Source of the DNA: Camelus ferus | Lineage: Eukaryota | Length of the DNA: 64,000 nucleotides | NCBI RefSeq assembly: GCF_009834535.1 | Contig: NC_045697.1 | Location: 60,576,001-60,640,000, forward strand | Direction of reading: 5' to 3' | Shown: positions 53,320-64,000 of the stretch, piece by piece | Numbering within the stretch: the first letter of the stretch is position 1 | How the letters are laid out: each line of letters begins with the position of its first letter | The notes under the pieces: generated by a model | What the model saw: the letters and a program-made list of their open reading frames with translations, nothing else | Databases searched by the model: none | Told to the model about the DNA's origin: nothing | Translations under genes and position numbers: made by a program

Positions 53320-53405
53320 CCTGCTACCACTTTTCACTGCTGTTTCTCCAAATCCTAGAATAGTGCCTGGCACATGGTAGGTGTTCAAAAGTATTTCCTG
53401 ACTAA
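53320..53405 (+). mobile_element. LINE-2 3' terminus
   Basis: ttcactgctgtttctccaaatcctagaatagtgcctggcacatggtaggtgttcaaaagtatttcctga. Confidence 0.75.
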
Positions 53406-54049
53406 AGTATTTTCTCATATTCTTCTCTTCTGAAGTATGTCCAAGGTTGAAGGGAGATAGAAATATAAGAGATGGCTTTTCTTTGTTCCTGTAGTTTTAC
53501 TCAATGAATTTAACACTATTTTTTACACTGGGAAATTTCAATAGGTATGAATTTTAAGTTGTTAGTTATGCATAACTTTCATTACCATTTCATAACATTG
53601 TCAAGTGGTTGGAGAAGGAATTCACTTTGCTTGAGGCCTGGCTTAGTTCTGTCTGTGTATTCTGCTGCTAGGTAGTCAAGCATATATTTTTTTAAGCTAT
53701 TTCATAGTGTTCTTCAGAATTGAGCAATACCCTAGGGAACCGTCAAAGCATTGCCTGAGGTGATTTCATATGTTTGTGCTTATAATTGTGAAAATGTAAC
53801 TGTAGTTGCACAGCATGAATCTGCGCCAGGACAGGTCCGCATCGTTTTACATATGCTGCAACAGCACCCTGCCATCCAGGAGCAAGGGAAGAGGGGATGG
53901 GTATGTGAGTCATTGCAGCTGGGTCATTATTACTGGTGGCAAGTGAAAAGTCACTTGGGAGGTAGAGGTAACGCTAAGGACTGCATTGAATTAACAAACC
54001 AGGTAAACACCAAGGAGAAGGGAGATGGGGAAAAAATAAAGTCTTAGGG

Positions 54050-54491
54050 AGTTTATCGGATTGACCCCTACGTTACCCACCTGCCCTATGTTTAGTGGCA
54101 GACGGCCCCCAGCTGAGCGCCTCTGGAAACATAACTCTCAGGCTAAGAGAACCCAATTGTCAGATCATGCCCTCACCTCCAGGAGAGCTCACATCTAAAG
54201 ACCGGTGCTAGGAAACTAGGATGGTTCTTGGAAGCAACAATGGAAGTCGTAAGACAGTGACAAATTCGCCTCAGGGTCAATACAAAGGGACATCCCAACT
54301 CTCCATAGGACTGGCTAAGAACTTTGTGACTGTATCACAGTTCAAGTCCTCCCTCTGCCCAATCCTATTTCTTTACTTTACACTAAGCATTTAGGCTAAG
54401 GGCAATCCCCAACACTACTCCTCCCTACAATAGTCCTGCATGCACATCTCCATCTCAAAGTCTGTTTTTCCAAGGAACTTGAACTAATATA
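54050..54491 (+). mobile_element. LTR16C-like 5' LTR of a class III ERV
   Basis: gacggcccccagctgagcgcctc...gtgactgtatcacagttcaagtcctccctctgcccaatcct...cctgcatgcacatctccatctcaaagtctg...ggaacttgaactaatata, followed directly by a primer-binding site. Confidence 0.8.
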
Positions 54492-56630
54492 TTTGGTGCC
54501 AAGAATTATCTGATGAATCAATCTCTAAGAATATTTTCAAGACTGGCTGGCAATCAGGACCTCACCACTGGTAGCAGGTGGAGCCCTAGTAACCCCTGGC
54601 ATGCTGTGTAAGTACGTCTGTTATAACATTAACAAATGTGGAAAATGAACACAGGACACCAGCAAAATATACTGTATTGGTGGTTGCAGTATCTCAGGGC
54701 TTCGAGAAATGTAGGACATTCTAATTACAAGAACAATGGAATCAGACAGTTATGTTGAGTGCCACTGATGCTCTGGAGAAAGAAAATGAAAGGCTGAGGG
54801 TGATTAATTATCAGTTATACCTGCTTTAGCAATATTGGCTAAAAGTCAAAGCGACTTCTTGGCAACACAGAAGGGATATTTATCTCCTACAGTCAGAGGA
54901 AGATCATAGGAGGAGCAGTGCTCCAGAGAAAGATGATTTCTCTACCCTGACAAGTCTGCTCTGCCAAGGTCAGGTTGAGAAGTGGGACACTGACACTCAG
55001 ACTGAGATATGGACATCTGACGTGGTGTTCTTGGAAACCTTGAAACTCCATTATCTCCCTGGGCCTACTAAATATGCAGAGGTAGCTCCCTCTCTTTTCT
55101 TAAGAAGAGGCCAGCATTCCTCCCTTGCTTGGAGAGGATGCAAAGACTTCAGGATCTAACCCCACTTCCTCTCCTGATCACGAGACTGTTAACTATGGTC
55201 ATATTATGATTTAACGAAACTAGGGAGATGCTGGGCCACTGAGGGAGGAGAGGATCTATGTTTCAAAGGAGCTGTAGAACCTAGTCCCCATGTTTTTAAA
55301 TAAGCTCTAAAGGTATATTATACTAGATTCCAAAGGAGCTATCATAAGGTAGGTGAAAAATAAGGATGCAAAAGGGAAACCTTATTGATTTGGGAGTATT
55401 CTTCTAGTATGTAGGATTTAACACCCTGGAAAAGACCTTGGGATGCTAACACTGCCAAAAGGACTGTTGGAATCTTGGGAAAGCAATGACCTGTGTTAAG
55501 TGCAGAAGATACACTGCTGATTACCTTGACAGTCAGTGGGGAAAGGGGCCAGAAGTTTTAGAGAGGCAAGCATGTTAGAGCAGCTATACTTTGCGAGACT
55601 AGCAAAACCGTCAACTGATTAGGCTCCAGAAAGGAGCCCAGAAGACACCCCAGTTGGTAAAGTGATAAAACATATGCTGGTGAGAGTCATATCGTGAGTA
55701 TCTTTGTGAAGCTCAGTGTCAGTTACACTTTTGTAGGTCAGGCTGATGGTAGGGAAAGCTGTAACTGAACTGAGTTCTCTGAGAACAATGGTGATGTTAG
55801 AACCATGATGTAACAGAAGCCAAATAGCAGAGTAAGTGTCAGAAAAAGGTGGGAATGGTTATCATAATGGGTAGGGAGGAGGGCCTGGCAGCTAGGAGAG
55901 CTTGATCTGTAGATAACGGTGAGAATCATAAAGAACGTATTCATCATAGTGGCAAAAGAGATGAGCAGAAAATACGGAAATTAGTCAATACATAATATCA
56001 AAACAAACAAGGATTAGATGATCAGAAAATTGACACGATGACCCCAGTAAAAAGTCACAATCCCTGACTTGATCTCTGGATTTGAGGCAGTTTTAGATTT
56101 GGGTTTAGATCGAAATCCCACTGAAGAAAGAAGATCCCAGATCCTCAGAAGGAAGGAACCCGTATTTTTATAGCAAGTGTACACTGTCTAACATGCCACC
56201 AACAGATACAAAAGTTGAGAACTTCGTATGACACTACGCTTCATGTAGACCAATAAGCCACTTGGTGGCAAGTAAGTGTTGGAGAATTTCCAACCTGGAA
56301 AAGACAGCAATTAATCATAAATAGGAATGACATATATTTTGAAAGTGGATTTATATTTAGCCTTGAGTCTCAGCCAGCATCACAATCCGTGTTGGTGTGC
56401 GATACACTAACATGGGATCTTGTGTAACATCTGACTGAACTAAGGAACACCCCCACTAAAAGACAAAAAGGTATGGCAAGGGATCCAATGATCCTCGTGC
56501 ACAACTTACCATTCAGAAGCTGCAGGCCTTCTAGTGTGACAGTGTATGGGGTGACCTCATTAAGGTGCCACTGATGCTCCAGGTTAGATGATATTCTGTA
56601 AAGATGAGAAGCTATCCTCTAAGGGAAGAG
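54492..56630 (+). mobile_element. Decayed ERVL-type internal region (ERV3-16A3-like): PBS, gag and integrase remnants; no 3' LTR seen
   Basis: PBS-like tggtgccaagaatt at 54494. Gag-like LSATDALEKENERLRVINYQ at 54755-54814. Integrase-like gccacttggtggcaagt (ATWWQV) and cattcagaagctgcaggcctt (HSEAAGL). Confidence 0.75.
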
Positions 56631-56775
56631 AGACAGTTATATATTTTATAAATATTTGCATGTATAAGATATACATATATTTATAAATTAATTATAATAT
56701 GTATATTATGTGTATAATATCCCATTTAAATACATATATAATATATATTACATATAATATAAATCAATCAGTGAT

Positions 56776-57253
56776 GTACAATGGAATAGTACTCAGTCAT
56801 AAAAAAGAATAAAATAATGACATTTGCAGCAACACAGATGGACGTAGAGGTTGTCATTCTAAGTGAAGTAACCCAGAAAGAAAAAGAAAAACACTGTATG
56901 ATATCACTCATATGTGGAATCTGAAAAAAAGAAAAAGAAAAAAAGAGGACACTAATGAACTCATCTACAAAACAGAAACAGACTCACAGACATAGTAAAC
57001 AATTTTCTGGTTACCCAGAGAAAGGGGGTGGGAAGGGATAAATGGGGAGTTTGAGATTTGCAAATGTTAGCCACTATATATAAAAAAAGATTCAAAAAAA
57101 TCCGAGTTCCTTCTGTATATTCAGTATCTTGTAATAACCTTTAATAAAAAAATATGAAAATGAATATATGTATGTATATGCATGACTGGGACACTGTGCT
57201 GTACACCAGAACTTGACTCACTGTAACTGACTTTACTTCAATTAAAAAAAACC
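56776..57253 (+). mobile_element. Lineage-specific L1 3' end (~480 bp) with 14-bp TSD
   Basis: tacaatggaatagtactcagtcataaaaaagaa...ctgactttacttcaattaaaaaaaa. Flanks aatcaatcagtgat (56762-56775) and aatcaatcaatgat (57254-57267). Same 3'UTR type as 26082-27101. Confidence 0.93.
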
Positions 57254-57361
57254 AATCAATCAATGATAATTACATAATTTTCACTTTATTTTTATGAACT
57301 CTTTTAGACATGTAGATCTAGATTTCAAGCAGATATCATTATTGAATATACAATAAAAATA

Positions 57362-57392
57362 AATAAATATATAATTGATTGAGTCATACCTA
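57362..57392 (+). repeat. Copy 1 of an exact 31-bp dispersed direct repeat
   Basis: aataaatatataattgattgagtcataccta, identical to 58125-58155. Confidence 0.95.
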
Positions 57393-58124
57393 AAATATAT
57401 TTTCATCTGAGTTCTGATTCAATGTTTGATGCCATCATCACTGCTCATGTTTTCTGACATAGTATTCTGTTTGATGCTGTCACCACCCTAGTGTTTCTCA
57501 AAGGAGTGTCCTTTGCTCTCTCTGGGATTCCCTTGTAAGCCACTGATACTCATGATGCAGGTTTTGATGCTGACGCATTTAACATCTGAGGAAAGAGATG
57601 TTTAGTGAAAGTAGGTGATGTACAAAAGTCCCAACATTTTTAAAAAGTAAGAAAAATAATATAAAACATTTATATTGTAGGTCATTAGCAGGTGCACATT
57701 TATACCTATAGTTTCTAACATGAGTATTTACAGGGAATCACTTTGCTATTGAGTAGATGATAGTGATGTCAAGAGGAAAAAATGAGAAGGCTGGCATTTT
57801 CTGGGATTTCTACATTTAAATTAAGTTAGAGATCTTTTGTCTGTTTCTTTCCCCTCACACTTATCTGTTTGTTATGATTATGGGGAGTTTTAATCCAGCT
57901 AAGGACTTGCTTGAGGCATGTTTGGAATCCACAGAAAAATACTGAAGAGGCAGCCCAGACTAAAAATAGTTCTGTAAAGTCAGTTTAAAACATAGCCAAT
58001 TATTAAGGTAAAGAAAAGAAAAAGGAGAGATAGTCAACAATGGTTCAATACATGGCACCAAGCAGGGGACAAGAGAGAGGATTCAAAAGGTAGGATTCCC
58101 GGACCTGAACAGGGTTACGAAATG

Positions 58125-58155
58125 AATAAATATATAATTGATTGAGTCATACCTA
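58125..58155 (+). repeat. Copy 2 of an exact 31-bp dispersed direct repeat
   Basis: aataaatatataattgattgagtcataccta, identical to 57362-57392. Confidence 0.95.
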
Positions 58156-58544
58156 GACACTGGTCCAGGAAGGAAAACAAGCCAATCAAGAGGCAGAGTA
58201 GATGGGGAGGTGCTTCAGGAAAGATAAAGCAGAAACACACTTCCTGGAGCACAGACAGAAGCAGAATGTCAGGCAGAACATCCTTCATGGGACTGTTTCT
58301 CTGGGCAGCACTCTCAATGCTCACTCTTCCAGGGACATGCTGGCGGCTTCTGACAAGGGAGATCTATAGCCGCTGTAAAACAAACACTATTACTATTAAT
58401 GCTTAAAGTGTTAACAATATTGCAGCTGAAGCAATAAGCAACCATGGCAACCAGGAAACATAACCCCAGATGCCTGCAGAACTCAGAGCGCTTTGATGGA
58501 TGGGGGAATGTCTTCTCCGTTCAGAAGGATTCACACTTTCTTAT

Positions 58545-58690
58545 TTTTTCATTTAATAAATATTGATTGGACACCTATAATTTGCTACATGCTTTCTAGA
58601 GGTTGACATTAAAATTAAAAATAAATAAATAAACCTAGACTTTTGTCCAGAGCCATACCTGTGTAGCTTCAAGGAAATGAAGCTGGCACA
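58545..58690 (-). mobile_element. LINE-2 3' terminus
   Basis: ttcatttaataaatattgattggacacctataatttgctacatgctttctagaggttga... Confidence 0.55.
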
Positions 58691-60637
58691 GAAAATGGCA
58701 CCTCTGCACACACACTTTATTACATTCTGTGCATGAATGATCATTTAACTCTGTAAATTATATAGGGCATTAATCACTACCAAATTCCTAGGATGTGTTT
58801 TGGAATTGTTTTGCCATGTTGACTGGTGTTCCATGTCAGTAATATTCTTCCTCAGTAGGTTTACAAGTTATTTGAGAGTCAGGTCTTTAACTCATGATTT
58901 TGTCTTTGTCTTTCACTGAGTAAACAGTAGAAATTAAAAATGTATTAACAAGTATTTGATCATGAGAATATAAAAGCCAACAGATTTCTACAAAAGTCAC
59001 GTGATGGGATATTCCTAAAGATAATCTGAAGAACCAAGGGAGAAATTATCTGATTATCTGTATGTTTTCTAGTGGTTTGGTACATAAAGTTCTCACTTTA
59101 AATATGTAGACAATTATGATACGTGACTCATTTATATGTAACAGTTTCGTATGTTCTGCAGCTGATCCATTCATACAGATTACACTGTAATTTAATCAAG
59201 ACTAGAAAACCAGATGGTTTTAAATTTATTTCATTAATAATCCATTTGAAACTGTTGGCTCATATGTACATAATATTTTCTTATTTTTGTTCTAGTTTTT
59301 TTTTAATAATTAGACACCTAAAATTATTTAATGAATTTTCAAAAGAAGAGAGAAACATCCATCACCATTATTTTTAACCCGAGTTTCACAAAAGGCCTTC
59401 TTCATGTCCTTTGATGTTTTGCTGCCCAACAAGGAAAAAACATAAGGCCAAAGACTGTGTCTTTAAACTGATGTTTGTAGGTTGCTTTTCCCAGGACAGT
59501 TTTCGCTAGTATCTTGCTATCAAGGGCTCTGGGCTGAAACCAGATTTTTAGAGGGACAAAAGCATACCAGCATTACTGTTTTATTTTCTTAGTACTTTAG
59601 AGCAATATTCTGCTCTGAAAAGAAGCTCAGGAAAGACGATGTTTGTTCACAACTTAATCTAATATATTTTTAATAATCTAGAGAGGATGAGATTTAAAGG
59701 AAGAGCATGAATGCTTCTAATAGTTTTTATTAGAAGTTTCCTAAGGAGGGCAGAACAAATTAAGGAGCGTAAGAAGACAGGTTGCACGCATGTGTGCACA
59801 ATGGGAAGACCTCTGTGTAAAGAGTTTATTATTTCATTTGTATTTCAAAATGCATATCTGCTACAAATGCTCCCTCAAGAGAATTTATTTGGTTAAAAAA
59901 AGAAAAAGAGAAGAGGAAAACTGCTAGTAGACATAAAAAAATTATGCTGCATTTAGTTATTTCACTTTTAAAACATTATTTTTTTCAATGTTTTCCTGGA
60001 GTGTGCTTTGGTACTCTTCTGTGGGAAGCTACAAAATTTTAAAATGGCATGGTCTGTGAGTACTAGGAGACTATCAGGAGACTGTGAGTACTAAGTGCAA
60101 TTCGATTTTACTTTTCAGGAGAGAAGTGTGATTGCCTTTTACTGGTCGACTAATTCAGCATGTTTTTCTTTCTTTTCTTTTCTTTCCTTTTTTTTTGATC
60201 TTCATTTTGAATTAAGTTGTTTTGTAGATTATTTTCTTATTTTAAATGGCACAAGGGCTCCGGAATGGATTTTAATATTGTATAGTCTGGAAGATCATCA
60301 CTTTAGGGATCTGGCATCCTTAAGTAGAAATATATTGATCAGACAACATCTCTTACATAGTCATAATGCTCTCAGGAAAAGGCCTTTCATTTGGCAGGTA
60401 TGGAGATGAATGAGGAAACATTCCCCCCTGGAGTTCTTTAAATGCTTATCCATGAGGAGAGATTCAATAACTAAGGGAACAGTAAGACTGTATGAGCATG
60501 CTAAAAGTTACCTTTATAGAAATGCAACTGATCTAAATAAAATAGCTAAGGGTTTTTCCCTAGCAACTTGCCACTACATCTGTTTCATTTCCTAAAACCA
60601 GAAAATACTCTGGCTTTTAGAAAGACCTTCCCGCTAG

Positions 60638-61093
60638 GGTATACATTTCTGGGTGCCTCTATAAAACGGATGTCACATTAAAATGAGGACAATTCTAGGT
60701 GCATTTAAAAAGGAACTATTTAGGAAAGTGTGGTTGGGTCTAAGGGAACCACAAAAAATGGTACAGTAATCTAGGGCAGGGAACAATAGAGTGATGGTTC
60801 CTAGAAACTGGAAGGAGAGTGTCCTGTAGAGAAAAGAGCCTTGAGAGGAGCAGTAACCTTCAGGGGAGAGACACGCCGGCACCCCTTCAGTGTGGGAACC
60901 AGGGCAACAATTAGTCACCCTGAGCTCACCTTCCTCTCTCCTTCCATCTCTGCCTGGGCTCACCACTGGCCTACCCTAACCTGAAGCCAGAAGGCAGGGT
61001 ACTTGTTTATGTAATCCTTGTGGGTCACTGTCCCAGGTCAGAGAGCAGAGTGGAGAAATGTGGAGAGTAAATATGGAAAACATCTGGAACACA
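60638..61093 (-). mobile_element. LTR33-like ERVL solo LTR
   Basis: aaacggatgtcacatt...ggaactatttaggaaagtgtgg...gaagccagaaggcaggg...cagagagcagagtggagaaatgtggagagtaaatatgga...ctggaacaca matches the reverse complement of LTR33. Confidence 0.8.
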
Positions 61094-63299
61094 TGGTAAC
61101 AAATGTGGGCAAAATGGGACACTTTAGCCTTAAATTCCTGCCTAATTAGTCCTTGGCTTGTTTTGGTGGCATCAGACTCCAGGTGAGCTTAACGACTCCT
61201 GTTCAGTCAGGACAGTGTAATCTTGGGAAAGTACTGAAGTGAAAGAGGAATACTCCTAGGTACCCAGTAGAACATATTTCTATTTTCTTAAAAGAGAAAT
61301 AGAGAATGTGAGAATAATGTGTGTAATGCGCCATCGTGGACATTACACTGTACATGTAGATGTCACTGTTCAAAATCAAATGGCACATCAGGAAGAAACT
61401 TGAATTTATAGTCTGAGTATAAATTAAATTATAGTAGCAAAGTAAAAGTCATATCTTTAAAAATTGTTAAATAGAAAAAAAAGGTATATAAGTTTTTGAA
61501 TCTAAAAATAAAACTGAGTTTAGCCTTAAACTCCTATTACTTCACATATAAAATCATTGATTTACTTTTGGTCTCAATTTTCTCATATGTACATTAAATA
61601 TTTAGTCTTTACTCTAAAATTTGTGTTTCTAAATTATCCTTTGGATAAGTTCTTGTAGAGAAGGGCTTTTGGATTTCTTCAACAACATTCAACCCTAAAT
61701 CCCTCTCTCAGATAGACAGGAGGTGTGTATTAGTAAGTTATATTACCTGTCCTAAAACAGTCCCCCCTCCTCAGTACAAGAACCTCCTTTCTCCTTGCCT
61801 TCAGAAAATTGTATGAGTAGAGTTCGTACTTTATAGACACATCTTTCATTCACTCTTCCTCAAGGGAGGAGGGCTGAGTTATTTGATTGGTATGTTTGGG
61901 AAAAGCAATAGGGCATATGTATCTCTGCTCCTCTTTTTTCTCTTTAGTGGGGAAAGGGGTAGCTGTTGATAATCCTACCAACTTTTAGTTTGGCAGTCTT
62001 GTCTTCTTTCAGTTGTGTCCTAGGCCTAGCGGGGCAAGATCTGTGTGGGAAGCCTGCAGCCTGTGGGGGTATTTCAGCTGGGGGGGTGATAACAGGACAC
62101 TGGACCAAAATTGGCCAAGTTTTCCCATTTTACTTTATCAGTAATAAAGTTGATATTTTAATCTCTGAAAATTTGATTCTTCTCTTTCAGTATTTCCAAA
62201 TATCAATGAAATAGAAGGGCCCTATTTACTGGGTCCCTTTAATGTCCAAGTACATTTGGCTCGGAACATGAGCAGACAGGGGCTGAGACTAAGTGCGGCA
62301 ATGTACAAGGAGTGACAGGTAGACCTAAAGCAGCCAGAAGTGGTGGCTGTAAGATTTAACTGCAGCAAACATGAGTATTGGCCTTTCTTGAACGTGTCAG
62401 ATTAGCACGTTATAGATCATAATAACTTCTCTTTTGCTGTTTTTGCTTGTTTTTATAGTTAAACATTTATTTTTAACTGATGCGATCTGGATGACTTTAA
62501 AACTCAGTCACACAGAATTGTGACCTTGGAAGTTAACTGTAGCAAAAGGCAAAAAAAAGGCAATTTCTGAGCATGGAGCCCTACGCAGCTTACACAGGCA
62601 GGCTACAGGACTGGATCTTAGCAAACAAGAGGCAGGCTACACCGCACAAATAATAGATGGACCATGCTAGACCTTAACGGTGACACGTAGGCTGCCATGC
62701 TAGGTAAGTTATTAGGCCAACTTAGGTAAAAACATGAACAGAGGAGAACCACTGCATGCACTAGATGAGGAAAACGTTTGTTTTCCTTTTTTGGTCAGTT
62801 TTAATGTTTAAGTATTTAGATTATGGACCAGGACTTGAAGCTACAGAGATGGGGTAAGGTAGGCAGACTGAATGGGCTGCACTATTGTCAGATTCCCAAC
62901 TCTCACTCCTTGCACCGAGTGATGTCAGGACCTGGCCTCATTAACCACATCAGTTCTGATTACTACTTCATGTATCAAAGACTCAAGTTGTGGCTGTACA
63001 CAAAGAGGTGTGATACAGTTTATTAAAAACAAACAAACAAAGATAAATGGGGGCCATGAACTTAGGTGGATGTAGAAAAATACACAAATAGAATGAGCAC
63101 AACTAAAGTTGAAGGAGAAAATTTTAAGGGCCTTTGGCAGAACATTTGGTCTGTAGGCCTTACTTTTAAAATGCTTTCAAAATACATATGCTTCAAAATT
63201 ATTACAAGTACAGGTACCCTAGAAGAATTATAACAAACTGAAGAAATGTAGGCTGACAAAACATGAGGGAAGGAATTATTTCTTTAAGATAAAATGGAA

Positions 63300-63810
63300 T
63301 TAAAATTAAATAAATGAGTAAAGTCTCTGGTTTCTGATTAATTTTAAACTATTAGAAAAGGAGGGATATTATTATTGCTACTAGAACAGAAAAGGGAAAA
63401 CAGAATGCAAAGACACCTAATAAAAATATGACTAAGATGTCAGAGGGAACCAAACTATAAACTAAATCCAAAGGGAATCAGAGAACCGGTGGGAAAACGT
63501 ATTCTCCTAAAACTGCAGATGGTTATATCCACGGTTATCTCAAGTGGGAACCAACTCTTAAGAATCAAGACAGATAGAACAGAATAGTCCCCAAAGTTGA
63601 ACATATTTGAGAGGACCAATTCATAAGGACTGATGTAAAACAGTCAAAGACTAACTGGGTGAGTTTCAAGGAATAATAGTTTTTGAAGGGTAGTATGAAA
63701 GTATTGCCTTTATATGGAAGGATTCACACATGAAATTTGTAGAACTAAGACTAAGGGAAAGCATTAAGAATAAAGAAACCTTGTGTGGAGCCCAGAAGGA
63801 CTTTTCTGAA
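63300..63810 (-). mobile_element. Highly decayed LINE-2 internal fragment
   Basis: Purine-rich antisense-L2-like blocks (aagtctctggtttctga; gaacatatttgagagg; gagtttcaaggaa; gtgtggagcccagaagg). Confidence 0.35.
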
Positions 63811-64000
63811 AATGTATAACTTTCTATACTTACAGTCTTAAGACTGACTTGAAATTCCTAGTGAAAAAATATTACATGGTACAGAATTGTGCATGTTTAA
63901 TCTCTACTGAAAAAAAAATCTTAACAAACAAATTAACAGATTGTGATGTTAAGTTTCATAGTTTCCTGTGTGGATTTATCTTATCTTTTGTCTACTCAGC

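Noticed and set aside
59714..59736. 9-bp perfect hairpin cttctaata-gtttt-tattagaag
   Set aside because: AT-rich and short, so expected by chance in 64 kb. Too small for a pre-miRNA, and intrinsic terminators are irrelevant in mammalian DNA.
1..64000. CRISPR array, operon, prophage or other prokaryotic defence system
   Set aside because: No regularly spaced repeats or gene-dense ORFs. The content is mammalian interspersed repeats and non-coding DNA.

Overview
AT-rich, CpG-poor mammalian nuclear DNA. It is probably camelid: it carries a tRNA-Ala(AGC)-derived poly(A) SINE of the vic-1 type and artiodactyl-type L1 3' ends. I can support no protein-coding gene, RNA gene or prokaryotic-type system. 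Every ORF I can recognise is a decayed LINE-1 ORF2 piece, its antisense shadow, or simple-repeat translation. Roughly half of the window or more is fossil transposons: old and lineage-specific L1s, HAL1, L2, MIR, MaLR/ERVL LTRs (MLT1, MER21, two LTR40, LTR16C with ERV3-16A3-type internal sequence, LTR33) and a MER20. The most informative structures are: two independent 5'-inverted (twin-primed) L1 insertions; an L1 whose 5'UTR is fused in frame to the ORF2 C-terminus by a multi-kb internal deletion; an exact 31-bp AP-1-containing duplication 763 bp apart; a closely spaced inverted L1 pair; nested insertions with readable target-site duplications (TSDs); and several non-repetitive, CpG-retaining candidate regulatory blocks (CTCF, AP-1 and RFX motifs). 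Repeat subfamily names come from recalled consensus sequences, and boundaries without a TSD are approximate. I did not find a convincing novel biological system.
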